Source: an uncultured virus (IMG/VR IMGVR_UViG_3300009093_000038) (lineage: Duplodnaviria; Heunggongvirae; Uroviricota; Caudoviricetes). From it: a stretch of 64,000 nucleotides of DNA. Location of the stretch: the IMG/VR virus record IMGVR_UViG_3300009093_000038, one strand, 5' to 3'. Made by a program: the position numbers and the translations under genes. Below the pieces are notes generated by a model, which was not told where the DNA came from, ran no database searches, and saw only the letters and a list, made by a program, of their open reading frames with translations. Of this stretch, positions 29,603 through 37,521 are shown piece after piece (position 1 is the stretch's first letter; every line of letters begins with the position of its first letter).

Positions 29603-29678
29603 TGGTACTCCAGGTCGGGGTTGCACCGACAACGCACGGGCTTTAAGGCCGTCGCCTCTGCTGTTGGGCTACTGGAGC
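29603..29678 (-). tRNA. tRNA-Leu(TAA), short variable loop
   Basis: Loop CTTAAAG; CCA. Confidence 0.8.
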
Positions 29679-29754
29679 AAAATATGTTCAGTGATCGTAG
29701 TTATATAGTCGCCCACTGGGCGGTGAAACAGAAACAAAACGAAAGGTAAATAAC

Positions 29755-30075
29755 ATGTTAAACCTCACAGATTCACAGCAGGTGGCCCTCACGGTTGCTT
29801 TTGCTGATAAGGCCGGAAACCCGGCTCCTGTGGATGGCGCGCCTGTTTGGACCAGCTCAGACGAAACCGTTGTGACGGTGACGGCTGCGGCGGATGGTCT
29901 TTCAGCAGTCGCGACCGCTGTCGGCAAACTGGGCACGGCCCAGGTGTCGGTCGCGGCGGACGCCGATCTCGGCGCTGGCAACACGACCATCACGGGTGTC
30001 ATTGACATCACGGTGTTGGCCGGTGCCGCTGTCGCAGCGGTCGTCTCGGCGGGCGCTCCCACGGAGAAGCCCTAA
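29755..30075 (+). CDS. Ig-like domain protein
   Basis: PVWTSSDETVVTV...GKLGTAQVSV pattern of Big_2-type domains. Confidence 0.75.
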   Translation: MLNLTDSQQVALTVAFADKAGNPAPVDGAPVWTSSDETVVTVTAAADGLSAVATAVGKLGTAQVSVAADADLGAGNTTITGVIDITVLAGAAVAAVVSAGAPTEKP

Positions 30076-30123
30076 TTCAAATCGGATGGGCGCGTGTAAT
30101 GCGCGTCCATCCACCAATTTTAC

Positions 30124-30270
30124 GTGAAACCTTTTTGGGGATTTTTATCGGGCCTCGTGATAGGCATCGCTTTTACGGCTTTCTATTTTCTCAAAAAGAA
30201 GTCGAACGCTTCGAACAATAAGGCAGTGAAGGTCATCATCACTGCGGGAAAGCCGACTGAGAAGCCGTAA
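30124..30270 (+). CDS. Small membrane protein (48 aa, not in the ORF track)
   Basis: N-terminal TM helix; C-terminus AGKPTEKP mirrors AGAPTEKP of the upstream gene. Confidence 0.55.
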   Translation: MKPFWGFLSGLVIGIAFTAFYFLKKKSNASNNKAVKVIITAGKPTEKP

Positions 30271-30271
30271 A

Positions 30272-30347
30272 TGGTACCGGGAACAGGAATCGCACCTGCA
30301 ACATCTGGTTCCTAAGACCAGCGCCTCTGCTATTGGGCTACCCCGGC
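30272..30347 (-). tRNA. tRNA-Leu(TAG), short variable loop
   Basis: CTGGT-CTTAGGA-ACCAG; CCA. Confidence 0.85.
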
Positions 30348-30352
30348 TGAAA

Positions 30353-30436
30353 TGGTCGCCGCGAGACGAATTGCACGTCCAAGGCTCACTGATTCTGAAT
30401 CAGGCTCGTCTGCTGTTCCGAGTAAACCACGCGGCG
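30353..30436 (-). tRNA. Atypical tRNA-Leu(CAG)
   Basis: Loop TTCAGAA; extra GGTTTA/TGAGCC helix; CCA. Confidence 0.7.
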
Positions 30437-30438
30437 GA

Positions 30439-31635
30439 CTAAGAAGTTTCTTCGACTGCTGGAAAGGTTTTTATCGCGGCAGCGAGCGTCGATCGTACCT
30501 GGCCGAAGCGATGGGTCGCACACCAATACCAGGTTTTGCCGTTCACCACTGACTTGCGAATGGCGGGCGTTGCTGCGCCGTCGAGACCGTGGTGCCAGAC
30601 TGCGCCAGCTTTCATCACCTGAGATCGTTCTGCCGGATCGAGCTGACGAGTGTGCTTTTTCAGCGTCTTGATCTCGGGAGATTCGTTCAGCCGGGATTCC
30701 GCAAACGAAACTTCATCGGGATTCTCCGGGGGATGGTCGTGAACAGTGTAGCCGAGCTTCTGGAAAACCAGCTTCGTCTTTTCGTGCCATTTCTCAGGGT
30801 CATTCGGATCACCGTGGACCAGTTCAACCGTGCGCTTGTTTTTGTCGATGTGATAGACCTGGCCGGTGGCCGGAACGACCCACTCAGCTTCTGACCGGAG
30901 CGTGCGGAGCATGTTATTGAACCAGGCCAGCACGTGCGGCGAGGGTTCCCATCCTTCCATCGTCTCCAGGAGGAAATCTGCGAACGGAAAGTTTGCCGAT
31001 TCTTTTACTTCGCCGGTGTTCTTCTTCACGCTGACTGCTTTATCGTCCCACAGCTCGATCATGTGATGGTCCTTCAGATTGGTGATTTCGAGGTCCGGCA
31101 GTTCATTGTCCTTCAGCCATTTCTTGATGGCGTTGACTGACTTCTCATCATCTGCCCGAGCTGTGAAAATTTTGACTTTCTTTCCGTGGCCGACCCACCG
31201 GCGAATGCGCGCCACCATTTTTGGCACCGGTTCACCGATCTTCGTGGCTCCCTTGTAACCGGTGTATTTCGCCAGGGTGCCGTCGAGATCGACGCCGATC
31301 CAGCCTTCTTCGTCCTCGCTGTCCAGGAGCGCTGACACGATGGATTCCGCAGCTCCAACAATGCTTTGATTCTTGACCGGAAAGTAAGTCAATACCTTTC
31401 GACCGGATGTATCAGAGATGTGCCAGCCTTCACTGTCGAGAACTACAGGCATTCCCAGTCGGTGCGGCCAGGTGAGATGGGATGTGAAATCTTTGGTTTT
31501 GAAAATGGCCTCTTTCGGTGTGTTTTCCAGCACCGTTACTTCTTCCGGCGCGCTTGCACGTGGGTTCACGTGGTTCGTCCTGATCCAGCGACTGCCGGGC
31601 AGCATTGCTTTCTTGAACTCTGAGGCAAAATTCAT
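30439..31635 (-). CDS. Multidomain protein with HAD-superfamily (PNKP phosphatase-like) domain
   Basis: WIGVDLDGTLA, IFTAR, LWDDKA motifs. Confidence 0.75.
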   Translation of the reverse strand: MNFASEFKKAMLPGSRWIRTNHVNPRASAPEEVTVLENTPKEAIFKTKDFTSHLTWPHRLGMPVVLDSEGWHISDTSGRKVLTYFPVKNQSIVGAAESIVSALLDSEDEEGWIGVDLDGTLAKYTGYKGATKIGEPVPKMVARIRRWVGHGKKVKIFTARADDEKSVNAIKKWLKDNELPDLEITNLKDHHMIELWDDKAVSVKKNTGEVKESANFPFADFLLETMEGWEPSPHVLAWFNNMLRTLRSEAEWVVPATGQVYHIDKNKRTVELVHGDPNDPEKWHEKTKLVFQKLGYTVHDHPPENPDEVSFAESRLNESPEIKTLKKHTRQLDPAERSQVMKAGAVWHHGLDGAATPAIRKSVVNGKTWYWCATHRFGQVRSTLAAAIKTFPAVEETS

Positions 31636-31653
31636 GCGTCACCGTACTTACAT

Positions 31654-31730
31654 TGGCGCTCCGAGCAGGACTTGCACCTGCAACCTTCGGTTTCGAAGAC
31701 CGCCGCTCTGTCTCTTTGAGCTACCGGAGC
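31654..31730 (-). tRNA. tRNA-Arg(TCG)
   Basis: Loop CTTCGAA; CCA. Confidence 0.87.
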
Positions 31731-31750
31731 AAATCTGTTCTAAAATTGCG

Positions 31751-32449
31751 ATGAGTAAAGAAAACCTTGAGCGAGTGCTAGAAAACGCCAACCAGGCGGA
31801 CTGGGAAATTGCCAGCCAGGCGTGGTTTCGTTACAACAAGATCGTGGGCGGCATTGCAGAAAGATGTAATGCCACGACCCGCGTTGGAGCGGCTGTTTTC
31901 GCTGCTCTCAGCCCGAACAATGATTACCTTGGTAATTTACGCGACACGGCGCGCTTGCTGATCGCTGCTGACGGCGGTTTGAGCATCGACGATTTCAAGG
32001 TCTCAACTTACGGTGCAAACAAGGCCAAAGCGTGGCAGATCGCGCACGGGGTCGAACCTCTGCATTTGATCGTTGCACCGAAGACGCGCAATTTCTTTTT
32101 GAACGTGGCCAATCCGATGGACCCTCACCCAGTAACCGTGGACGGTCATATTTTTAACGCGTGGGCGGCTAAGCGAATCCCGCTCAACAGCGCTCAGATG
32201 AAAGGGTTTTCCAAGCAGTACGATCGCGTGGCGGATACCATCCGTGAGATCGGACTGGAGCGTCGTCTTCTGCCGAACTTCGTTCAGGGCCTCATTTGGT
32301 ACTGCTGGAAGCGAATGCACGGGATCAAGCTCGACGGCCAGATGGAATTTTGGGGTTCGGACTACCTGGTGGCCGGTCTTGGCTTTGAGATCGAGAGCAA
32401 GCCGGTCAAGGACTGGCAGCAGGAGATCGCTGGTCAATTTGCTGCGTAA
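31751..32449 (+). CDS. Phage protein with HhH DNA-glycosylase-like motifs
   Basis: AALSP, KTRNFFLN, VTVDGH, VQGLIW; start ATG 31751. Confidence 0.6.
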   Translation: MSKENLERVLENANQADWEIASQAWFRYNKIVGGIAERCNATTRVGAAVFAALSPNNDYLGNLRDTARLLIAADGGLSIDDFKVSTYGANKAKAWQIAHGVEPLHLIVAPKTRNFFLNVANPMDPHPVTVDGHIFNAWAAKRIPLNSAQMKGFSKQYDRVADTIREIGLERRLLPNFVQGLIWYCWKRMHGIKLDGQMEFWGSDYLVAGLGFEIESKPVKDWQQEIAGQFAA

Positions 32450-32450
32450 A

Positions 32451-32525
32451 TGGTGGAGACAACAGGAGTTGCACCTGAAACCTTCCGCGTGTCGAGCGGG
32501 TGCTCTACTTCAGAGCTATGCCTCC
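32451..32525 (-). tRNA. tRNA-Val(GAC)
   Basis: Loop TCGACAC (C33); CCA. Confidence 0.83.
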
Positions 32526-32536
32526 GTAATTAAGGT

Positions 32537-33193
32537 GTGAAAGTCGGCGAATTCGATGTCGAAGTGCAAAGCGCCCGCGTTGGCGGAGGCTGGCAGGCTG
32601 TGGGTATTCTTCCCGATGGAAAAAAGATCGTTTCCGGCCCGTGCAGCTCTCGTGAGACCGCAGAGCATGACATTAAGCAGCAAGCGCTTGCCCGGCTTTA
32701 CGTTCAGCGTAAGTATGATGTAAACAGACCGTTTGAATCTATGAGCAAGCTTGGCGAAAATAAATTTCTGAAGGGCGCGATCAATCCTGATCACAAGGGT
32801 TATTGCACGCCGATGAGCAAGAGCACCTGCACTCCGCGCCGCAAGGCGCTGGCGCGTCGTTTCAAAAAGGGCGGCGATCTGCACCACGAATCTCTCAGTG
32901 AAGCGGACATGGCCATCGTGCTGCACCAGGCGGACCAGCTCCTGGAAGATGCTCGCGATTACCTTGAACTTTCGCTCGACGGCAACCAGATCGAGCGTCC
33001 AGAATGTCCGCATTGCGGCGGTGATCAGAGCGAGCCGGTCGGCGACGGTCGTCATAATTGCCCGCAATGTGGCGGCGTGTTCAGCGCCAATGTGAATCAG
33101 TATCCGGCAGGTCCGCTGCCTCCAGGTAAAGCTTCGTTTTACCCGAGCGACGGCGGCGGCACTGGTGGCGGCAGCGGTATGGCAAACATGTGA
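32537..33193 (+). CDS. Hypothetical protein with Zn ribbon
   Basis: CPHC...CPQC; GTAATTA upstream. Confidence 0.6.
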   Translation: MKVGEFDVEVQSARVGGGWQAVGILPDGKKIVSGPCSSRETAEHDIKQQALARLYVQRKYDVNRPFESMSKLGENKFLKGAINPDHKGYCTPMSKSTCTPRRKALARRFKKGGDLHHESLSEADMAIVLHQADQLLEDARDYLELSLDGNQIERPECPHCGGDQSEPVGDGRHNCPQCGGVFSANVNQYPAGPLPPGKASFYPSDGGGTGGGSGMANM

Positions 33194-33933
33194 AACCGAT
33201 AGGCAAAGGGTACGGCGGATTTGATATTTATCCGACAGTCGAGAAGCGCTACAAGTGCGACCGCTGCGGGTATATCAGCAAACAGTCCACGAACACGTTT
33301 GAACCGACGTGGTCATGGGACCGCGTGAATGTTTGTCCCAACTGCCCGCCCTGGGCAAAGTACCCTCAGTTCGGCGGCCAGACGACGTGGACTTGCATCG
33401 ACACGCCGGACATGTTTCCAGACGAGGAGGCCGGAGAGCAGTCCATGTCGGAAGCAATCTTTCAGGAGGCCGATGCGTTGCTTCCATCACCTTCACAGGA
33501 TACTGTTCTATTTGAGATGGGTGACGAGACCATAGAGCGAATGGACGTTTACGAACTTCCTAGCGATGAATCCATCGGTTTTACGGCCAAGGTTGATGGC
33601 GAATACATCGAAGGAGCGCAGCGCGGAGGTAATGGATTCCATCAGGGAATGATTATCGTAAGCAACCCGCAAAAGGCTCTCCAGATAGGTGAGCAAAAGG
33701 CTAAAAATGACGGTAAGAAGAAAGCTTACGTCGAGGTCCGCGATTTCAATTACAAGCAATTAAGGGCGGTTCTACAGGCGACCGGGGAGGGGGTATGGAT
33801 GGATAGGGACGTATTCATCAAGTTCAGGGATGCTTCCGATAAAGCAGGTGAACTAGGTCCAGACGACGCTCTTAGGAAATATCCTCTCGACGGTAAAAAT
33901 TACTGGATTCAGCTTCCTCCAGGCCGAAGCTGA
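33190..33933 (+). CDS. Hypothetical protein with N-terminal Zn ribbon
   Basis: CDRC...CPNC; coupled to the upstream gene. Confidence 0.6.
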   Translation: MKPIGKGYGGFDIYPTVEKRYKCDRCGYISKQSTNTFEPTWSWDRVNVCPNCPPWAKYPQFGGQTTWTCIDTPDMFPDEEAGEQSMSEAIFQEADALLPSPSQDTVLFEMGDETIERMDVYELPSDESIGFTAKVDGEYIEGAQRGGNGFHQGMIIVSNPQKALQIGEQKAKNDGKKKAYVEVRDFNYKQLRAVLQATGEGVWMDRDVFIKFRDASDKAGELGPDDALRKYPLDGKNYWIQLPPGRS

Positions 33934-33934
33934 G

Positions 33935-34010
33935 TGGAGCCAGTCGCAGGAATTGCACCCGCCGTCTCCCGATTACAAGTCGGGCGCATCGCTGTCAATG
34001 CTTGACTGGC
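33935..34010 (-). tRNA. tRNA-Thr(TGT)
   Basis: CCCGA-CTTGTAA-TCGGG; CCA. Confidence 0.87.
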
Positions 34011-34083
34011 ATTTGTAAACATTTTCTAGTTGTGGGCACATCACCCACTGGTTGTCAACGAGGATAGGAACCAGATTGACGCC

Positions 34084-34347
34084 ATGAACCTCATGCACGT
34101 TGTACCCGCGTTTGGAGAAGTTACGTTCGGCGGTGGCGGAGACGGACTTGTCCACTCACTTTTCCTCGTTTTAATTATCGGCATCTGCGTCGCTCTCATT
34201 TGGGCGGTCGGACGCTGGTTCATTCAGAAGCTCGGCGCGCCAGCGGTGGTAATGACCATCTGGAACGGTTTCTTCATCCTGGTCGGGTTGATCGTCGTGG
34301 TGAACTTCCTGCTCAGCCTCGCTGGACACCCGTTCATTCGGTTTTAG
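34084..34347 (+). CDS. Small two-TM membrane protein
   Basis: Two hydrophobic helices; start uncertain. Confidence 0.6.
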   Translation: MNLMHVVPAFGEVTFGGGGDGLVHSLFLVLIIGICVALIWAVGRWFIQKLGAPAVVMTIWNGFFILVGLIVVVNFLLSLAGHPFIRF

Positions 34348-34423
34348 TGGTGGGCCGCCTCGGTAATGCTCCGAGTTCTCCGGGGTAAAAGCCCGGTTCT
34401 TCGCTTTTCAAAGTTTGCAGCCC
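34348..34423 (-). tRNA. tRNA-Lys(TTT), second divergent copy
   Basis: CCGGG-CTTTTAC-CCCGG; CCA. Confidence 0.83.
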
Positions 34424-34429
34424 GTAAAT

Positions 34430-34505
34430 TGGTGCGTTGGGTCGGCAATGATCCGACACGCTTCCGGGTAAGAACCGGGTGCTCTGCCAGTTGAGCTACC
34501 AACGC
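34430..34505 (-). tRNA. tRNA-Lys(CTT)
   Basis: Loop TTCTTAC; CCA. Confidence 0.87.
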
Positions 34506-34530
34506 AAAAAAGGTCAATGATTTGATATTG

Positions 34531-34651
34531 TTTTAGGAAAACCCATTGTTTTACTAAATCAGTAAAACAATGGGTTTTCCTAAAACCAAGAGTCGATTTC
34601 ACTAAAAAGGGTTGTTTCACTGCGCAGTAAAACAACCCTTTTTAGTGAAAT
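34531..34651. repeat. Two adjacent long AT-rich palindromes
   Basis: 34531..34585 perfect 25-bp arms; 34596..34651 27-bp arms with one mismatch. Confidence 0.9.
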
Positions 34652-34726
34652 TGGTCGCTCCGGGTGGACACGATCCACCGACCTTCAGCTTATGAAGCTG
34701 CTGCTCTCCCTCTGAGCTACGGAGCG
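34652..34726 (-). tRNA. tRNA-CAT (elongator Met or Ile2)
   Basis: Loop TTCATAA; CCA. Confidence 0.85.
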
Positions 34727-34794
34727 TTCGCCCGGCCTTGGTTCGCACCGTGTCTTCTGCACCACCACGCCAAGACAGGGCCGGGTTTGAAAAG

Positions 34795-34870
34795 TGGAGC
34801 CTGCTGACGGAATTGCACCGTCCATTACCCGGTTACCGACCGGGGCCACCGCTGTCTGTGGGTAGCAGGC
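34795..34870 (-). tRNA. tRNA-Thr(GGT)
   Basis: CCCGG-TCGGTAA-CCGGG (C33); CCA. Confidence 0.8.
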
Positions 34871-35276
34871 TTTCGAGAGGTTCGATGACGACATCGGCCT
34901 CGACTGTAAAAATTGGAATGACCTCCTGGAACTTTGCCGCCTTCAGCATGTCATTGCTGTATCGTGCCTCGACACCGTCAGCGACCGAGATCGTAATGTG
35001 CGGAAATTGATTTTCACTTTTCGCGCCAACCAGGACGGCTTGGGCTTTTTCATCGGAAGCGAATCCGAATACCGGTATCCGCAGGCGCTCACCTTCCAGG
35101 CTTTTATAGCGCTCCAGCGTTTGCGCGTCCGGTTTGAAGGCCATCGTGACGTGGTGTGCGTAAACAACCGCGTGCTGCGGTGGAAAACGGCGCAGCAGCT
35201 CTTGGTGGCTTTCCGGCGTCAGCACGGCACTGATGAATACGCCAGGTTCGTTCAGAGGTAATCGTTCGGTTGACAT
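34833..35276 (-). CDS. 2H phosphoesterase (2',3'-cyclic phosphodiesterase-like)
   Basis: Two HxT motifs, HHVTMAF and PHITISV. Confidence 0.8.
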   Translation of the reverse strand: MSTERLPLNEPGVFISAVLTPESHQELLRRFPPQHAVVYAHHVTMAFKPDAQTLERYKSLEGERLRIPVFGFASDEKAQAVLVGAKSENQFPHITISVADGVEARYSNDMLKAAKFQEVIPIFTVEADVVIEPLESLLPTDSGGPGR

Positions 35277-35488
35277 GGTGGTTCAGGTTGCGGCCAGCCG
35301 CCTTCAGGAGGCATCGCTGGAGGCCATGCTGGCCCAGGGTAACAGTACCGGCAAAAAGCCCTTTCCTCGTTATATCCAGGAACGTCCTTGCGAACGTAAA
35401 CAGTGTGGCCGCAGCTCAGTCCGAACTTTGCCAGAACGACTGTTCCGGTGCCTTCTTCACCGTGTTTGCAGACTATTTTCCTGAACAT
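35252..35488 (-). CDS. Small putative Zn-binding protein
   Basis: LSCGH...CRYC. Confidence 0.45.
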   Translation of the reverse strand: MFRKIVCKHGEEGTGTVVLAKFGLSCGHTVYVRKDVPGYNEERAFCRYCYPGPAWPPAMPPEGGWPQPEPPCQPNDYL

Positions 35489-35491
35489 AAA

Positions 35492-35566
35492 TGGTGCGCC
35501 ATGTCGGTGCTGCCCCGACTTATCCTGTTTGGAAGACAGGCTCCTTAGCTGTTGGGATAATGGCGC
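35492..35566 (-). tRNA. tRNA-Gly(TCC)
   Basis: CCTGT-CTTCCAA-ACAGG; CCA. Confidence 0.83.
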
Positions 35567-35567
35567 G

Positions 35568-36311
35568 TTAAGCTGGTATTTCGCCGCGTGAGCGATAAAC
35601 TTGATCCATGTGGGCTTTGACCTCCTGGTCGTGCGTGGCGAAATCTTTTCTACCGAGCGAAGCCACGATCTCGGGATGCTCGGCCAGATCAGGAGGAAAC
35701 TTTTCGTCCGGCATCTCCATGATCTTTTTGATCAGCGGTTCAATGCGATCCTTGTTGTTCGCATTGTGCTTGATGATGTCTTTGTACGAATCAATCGTGT
35801 GCCGCTTGCAGTTGCCGTGGGAGGCGTTCGGGTCATGCACGCCGAATTCACGCTCGCACATGCCGCAGGACCGCCGCTCCGCTTCGATGACGAAGTTGAC
35901 GATGCTTTCGACGCACTCTGAAAAGTCGCTGCTCAATTTATCTAGCTCAGCGCGTTGAGTATCCAGCTCGCTTCGCCTTCCAGAAATATACTCATTTGCC
36001 AGAAAAGCAACAGCTTTTCTCAGCGTGTTCAAGGCGTCAGGCGGAAGCTTCTCGGTCTCCTGGGCCATCCGGGAAATTTTCACGATGTCGGACAGTGCCC
36101 GGCCAGGACCTTGGCGCAGAATGTTGTTCAGATCGGTTTTGGTGACCTTTCTGAATTGCTGGAGCCAGTTGACCAAGGCGTCGGCTACTGATCTTGGAGA
36201 TTCCTGTGCGTCCACGGCGGCCTTGAGAAAGAGGTAGCCTGGACTCCAGATGTGGTCTGGATTCGTTTTGCCGCCCAGGTCGCTCCATTTGACTGCGCCG
36301 TATTTCTTCAT
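35568..36311 (-). CDS. Hypothetical protein
   Basis: 247 aa; CGMC...SHGNC motif; GTAGTTA upstream. Confidence 0.65.
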   Translation of the reverse strand: MKKYGAVKWSDLGGKTNPDHIWSPGYLFLKAAVDAQESPRSVADALVNWLQQFRKVTKTDLNNILRQGPGRALSDIVKISRMAQETEKLPPDALNTLRKAVAFLANEYISGRRSELDTQRAELDKLSSDFSECVESIVNFVIEAERRSCGMCEREFGVHDPNASHGNCKRHTIDSYKDIIKHNANNKDRIEPLIKKIMEMPDEKFPPDLAEHPEIVASLGRKDFATHDQEVKAHMDQVYRSRGEIPA

Positions 36312-36323
36312 CGCTTTAACTAC

Positions 36324-36399
36324 TGGAGGCCGGTATCAGAATTGCACTGATGTAATGCGGTTTTGCAGACCGCTGCCTTGCTTCTCGAACCAACCGGCC
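36324..36399 (-). tRNA. tRNA-Cys(GCA)
   Basis: GCGGT-CTGCAAA-ACCGC; U73, CCA. Confidence 0.88.
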
Positions 36400-36403
36400 A
36401 AAG

Positions 36404-36479
36404 TGGAGCCTCCGGTCAGAATTGCACTGACCATCTCCAGTTTACGAAACTGGCGCACCGCTGGCTGTGCGTCGGAGGC
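36404..36479 (-). tRNA. tRNA-Thr(CGT)
   Basis: CCAGT-TTCGTAA-ACTGG; CCA. Confidence 0.85.
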
Positions 36480-36483
36480 AAAA

Positions 36484-36557
36484 TGGTACCCCGTGACGGA
36501 ATCTCACCGCCTCCATCACTTTGTAAGAGTGAGGCACTGATGTTATGCAAACGGGGC
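36484..36557 (-). tRNA. tRNA-Val(TAC)
   Basis: TCACT-CTTACAA-AGTGA; CCA. Confidence 0.83.
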
Positions 36558-36562
36558 TGAAA

Positions 36563-36693
36563 TGGCGGGGATGATAACCGTTAAATATCGGTCCGTAAAC
36601 GGACAAGGAGGTTCCAACGACTATTTGAGACTGGATTCGAACCAGCGACCTCCCGCTTTTCAGGCGGGCGCTCTACCGCTGAGCTACATCCCC
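36563..36693 (-). ncRNA. tRNA(GAA)-Y RNA chimera
   Basis: Complete cloverleaf with CCA; 56-nt insert after the T arm holding a permuted Ro stem CTTGTCCG-TTTA-CGGACCGA. Confidence 0.8.
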
Positions 36694-36699
36694 ATAAAA

Positions 36700-36776
36700 T
36701 GGTGCTCCAAACAGGACTCGCACCTGTGACCTTTGGCTTCGCAGACCAACGCTCTATCTAACTGAGCTACTGGAGC
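36700..36776 (-). tRNA. tRNA-Arg(GCG)
   Basis: Loop CTGCGAA; CCA. Confidence 0.85.
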
Positions 36777-36782
36777 AGAAAG

Positions 36783-36859
36783 TGGTACTCGCGGCTGGAA
36801 TCGCACCAGCGGCCTGTTCCTTCGGAGAGAACCGCTCTGTCTAACTGAGCTACGCGAGC
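36783..36859 (-). tRNA. tRNA-Arg(CCG)
   Basis: Loop CTCCGAA; CCA. Confidence 0.87.
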
Positions 36860-36961
36860 ATAAAAAACGAGGATTATTTTTCGCGGAGAGATACCTCTCG
36901 TTCAACAACTTGATGGCTGTTTGCCATCGAAAAACGATGATCTTCGCGAGGATGTTAAAAA

Positions 36962-37039
36962 TGGTATCCGTGACCGGACTTGCACCGGTTAGGCCCTGCT
37001 TGAAGGGCAGGATGCGCGAGCTGCTTTGCATTCACGGAC
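36962..37039 (-). tRNA. tRNA-Glu(TTC)
   Basis: CCTGC-CCTTCAA-GCAGG (C33); CCA. Confidence 0.8.
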
Positions 37040-37085
37040 TGAAAATCTTGTCAGAAAAAGTGGTGTGTTTTTCGGACAAAAAGCT

Positions 37086-37162
37086 TGGCGTCCCTGGCGG
37101 GGTACGATCCCGCAGTCTTCTGGTTGAGAACCAGATATGCTGACCAGTTGCACCACAGGGAC
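37086..37162 (-). tRNA. tRNA-Glu(CTC)
   Basis: TCTGG-TTCTCAA-CCAGA; CCA. Confidence 0.87.
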
Positions 37163-37179
37163 GCGCCGAGGGTTAAGCT

Positions 37180-37241
37180 CACGGGCAAGATGGTTAGCGT
37201 GGGGTTTTCGATGAATGATAACCCATGCTGTTCGGTCCGTG
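37180..37241 (-). ncRNA. Minimal Y-like RNA (about 62 nt)
   Basis: CACGGACCGA...GGGTTATC...CTTGCCCGTG. Confidence 0.75.
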
Positions 37242-37245
37242 AAAT

Positions 37246-37308
37246 TGGCGGGGCCGCCTGTCGATTCAGGTCACTGAGGACTCAGGCGGCTGGCCGGGCC
37301 GCAGCCCC
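37246..37308 (-). ncRNA. Short CCA-ended acceptor-stem RNA
   Basis: GGGGCTGC...GCGGCCCC-G-CCA, 63 nt, no cloverleaf. Confidence 0.5.
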
Positions 37309-37315
37309 ATAAAAG

Positions 37316-37392
37316 TGGTCCCAGGGGTCGGTATCGCACCGACGTACTCCGGTTTTTCAGACCGGCGCTAATACTATCTCAGCTACCCTGGG
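37316..37392 (-). tRNA. tRNA-Phe(GAA)
   Basis: CCGGT-CTGAAAA-ACCGG; CCA. Confidence 0.87.
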
Positions 37393-37446
37393 ATTTCGAG
37401 GCATCCTCCTTGCGAACCAGTTTGATGAAAAGCCTCGTGTCGAAGA

Positions 37447-37520
37447 TGGTCCCCTATCGTGGTAACGCTCCACGGTCAACCGCTTATCAAGCGGACGCTC
37501 TGCTTTTGAGCTAATAGGGG
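37447..37520 (-). tRNA. tRNA-Ile(GAT)
   Basis: Loop TTGATAA; CCA. Confidence 0.85.
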
Positions 37521-37521
37521 G

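Noticed and set aside
36250..37312. ORFs in the track overlapping tRNA clusters (also 38826..39642, 40087..41510, 42884..43719)
   Set aside because: Fully explained by RNA genes; no protein motifs
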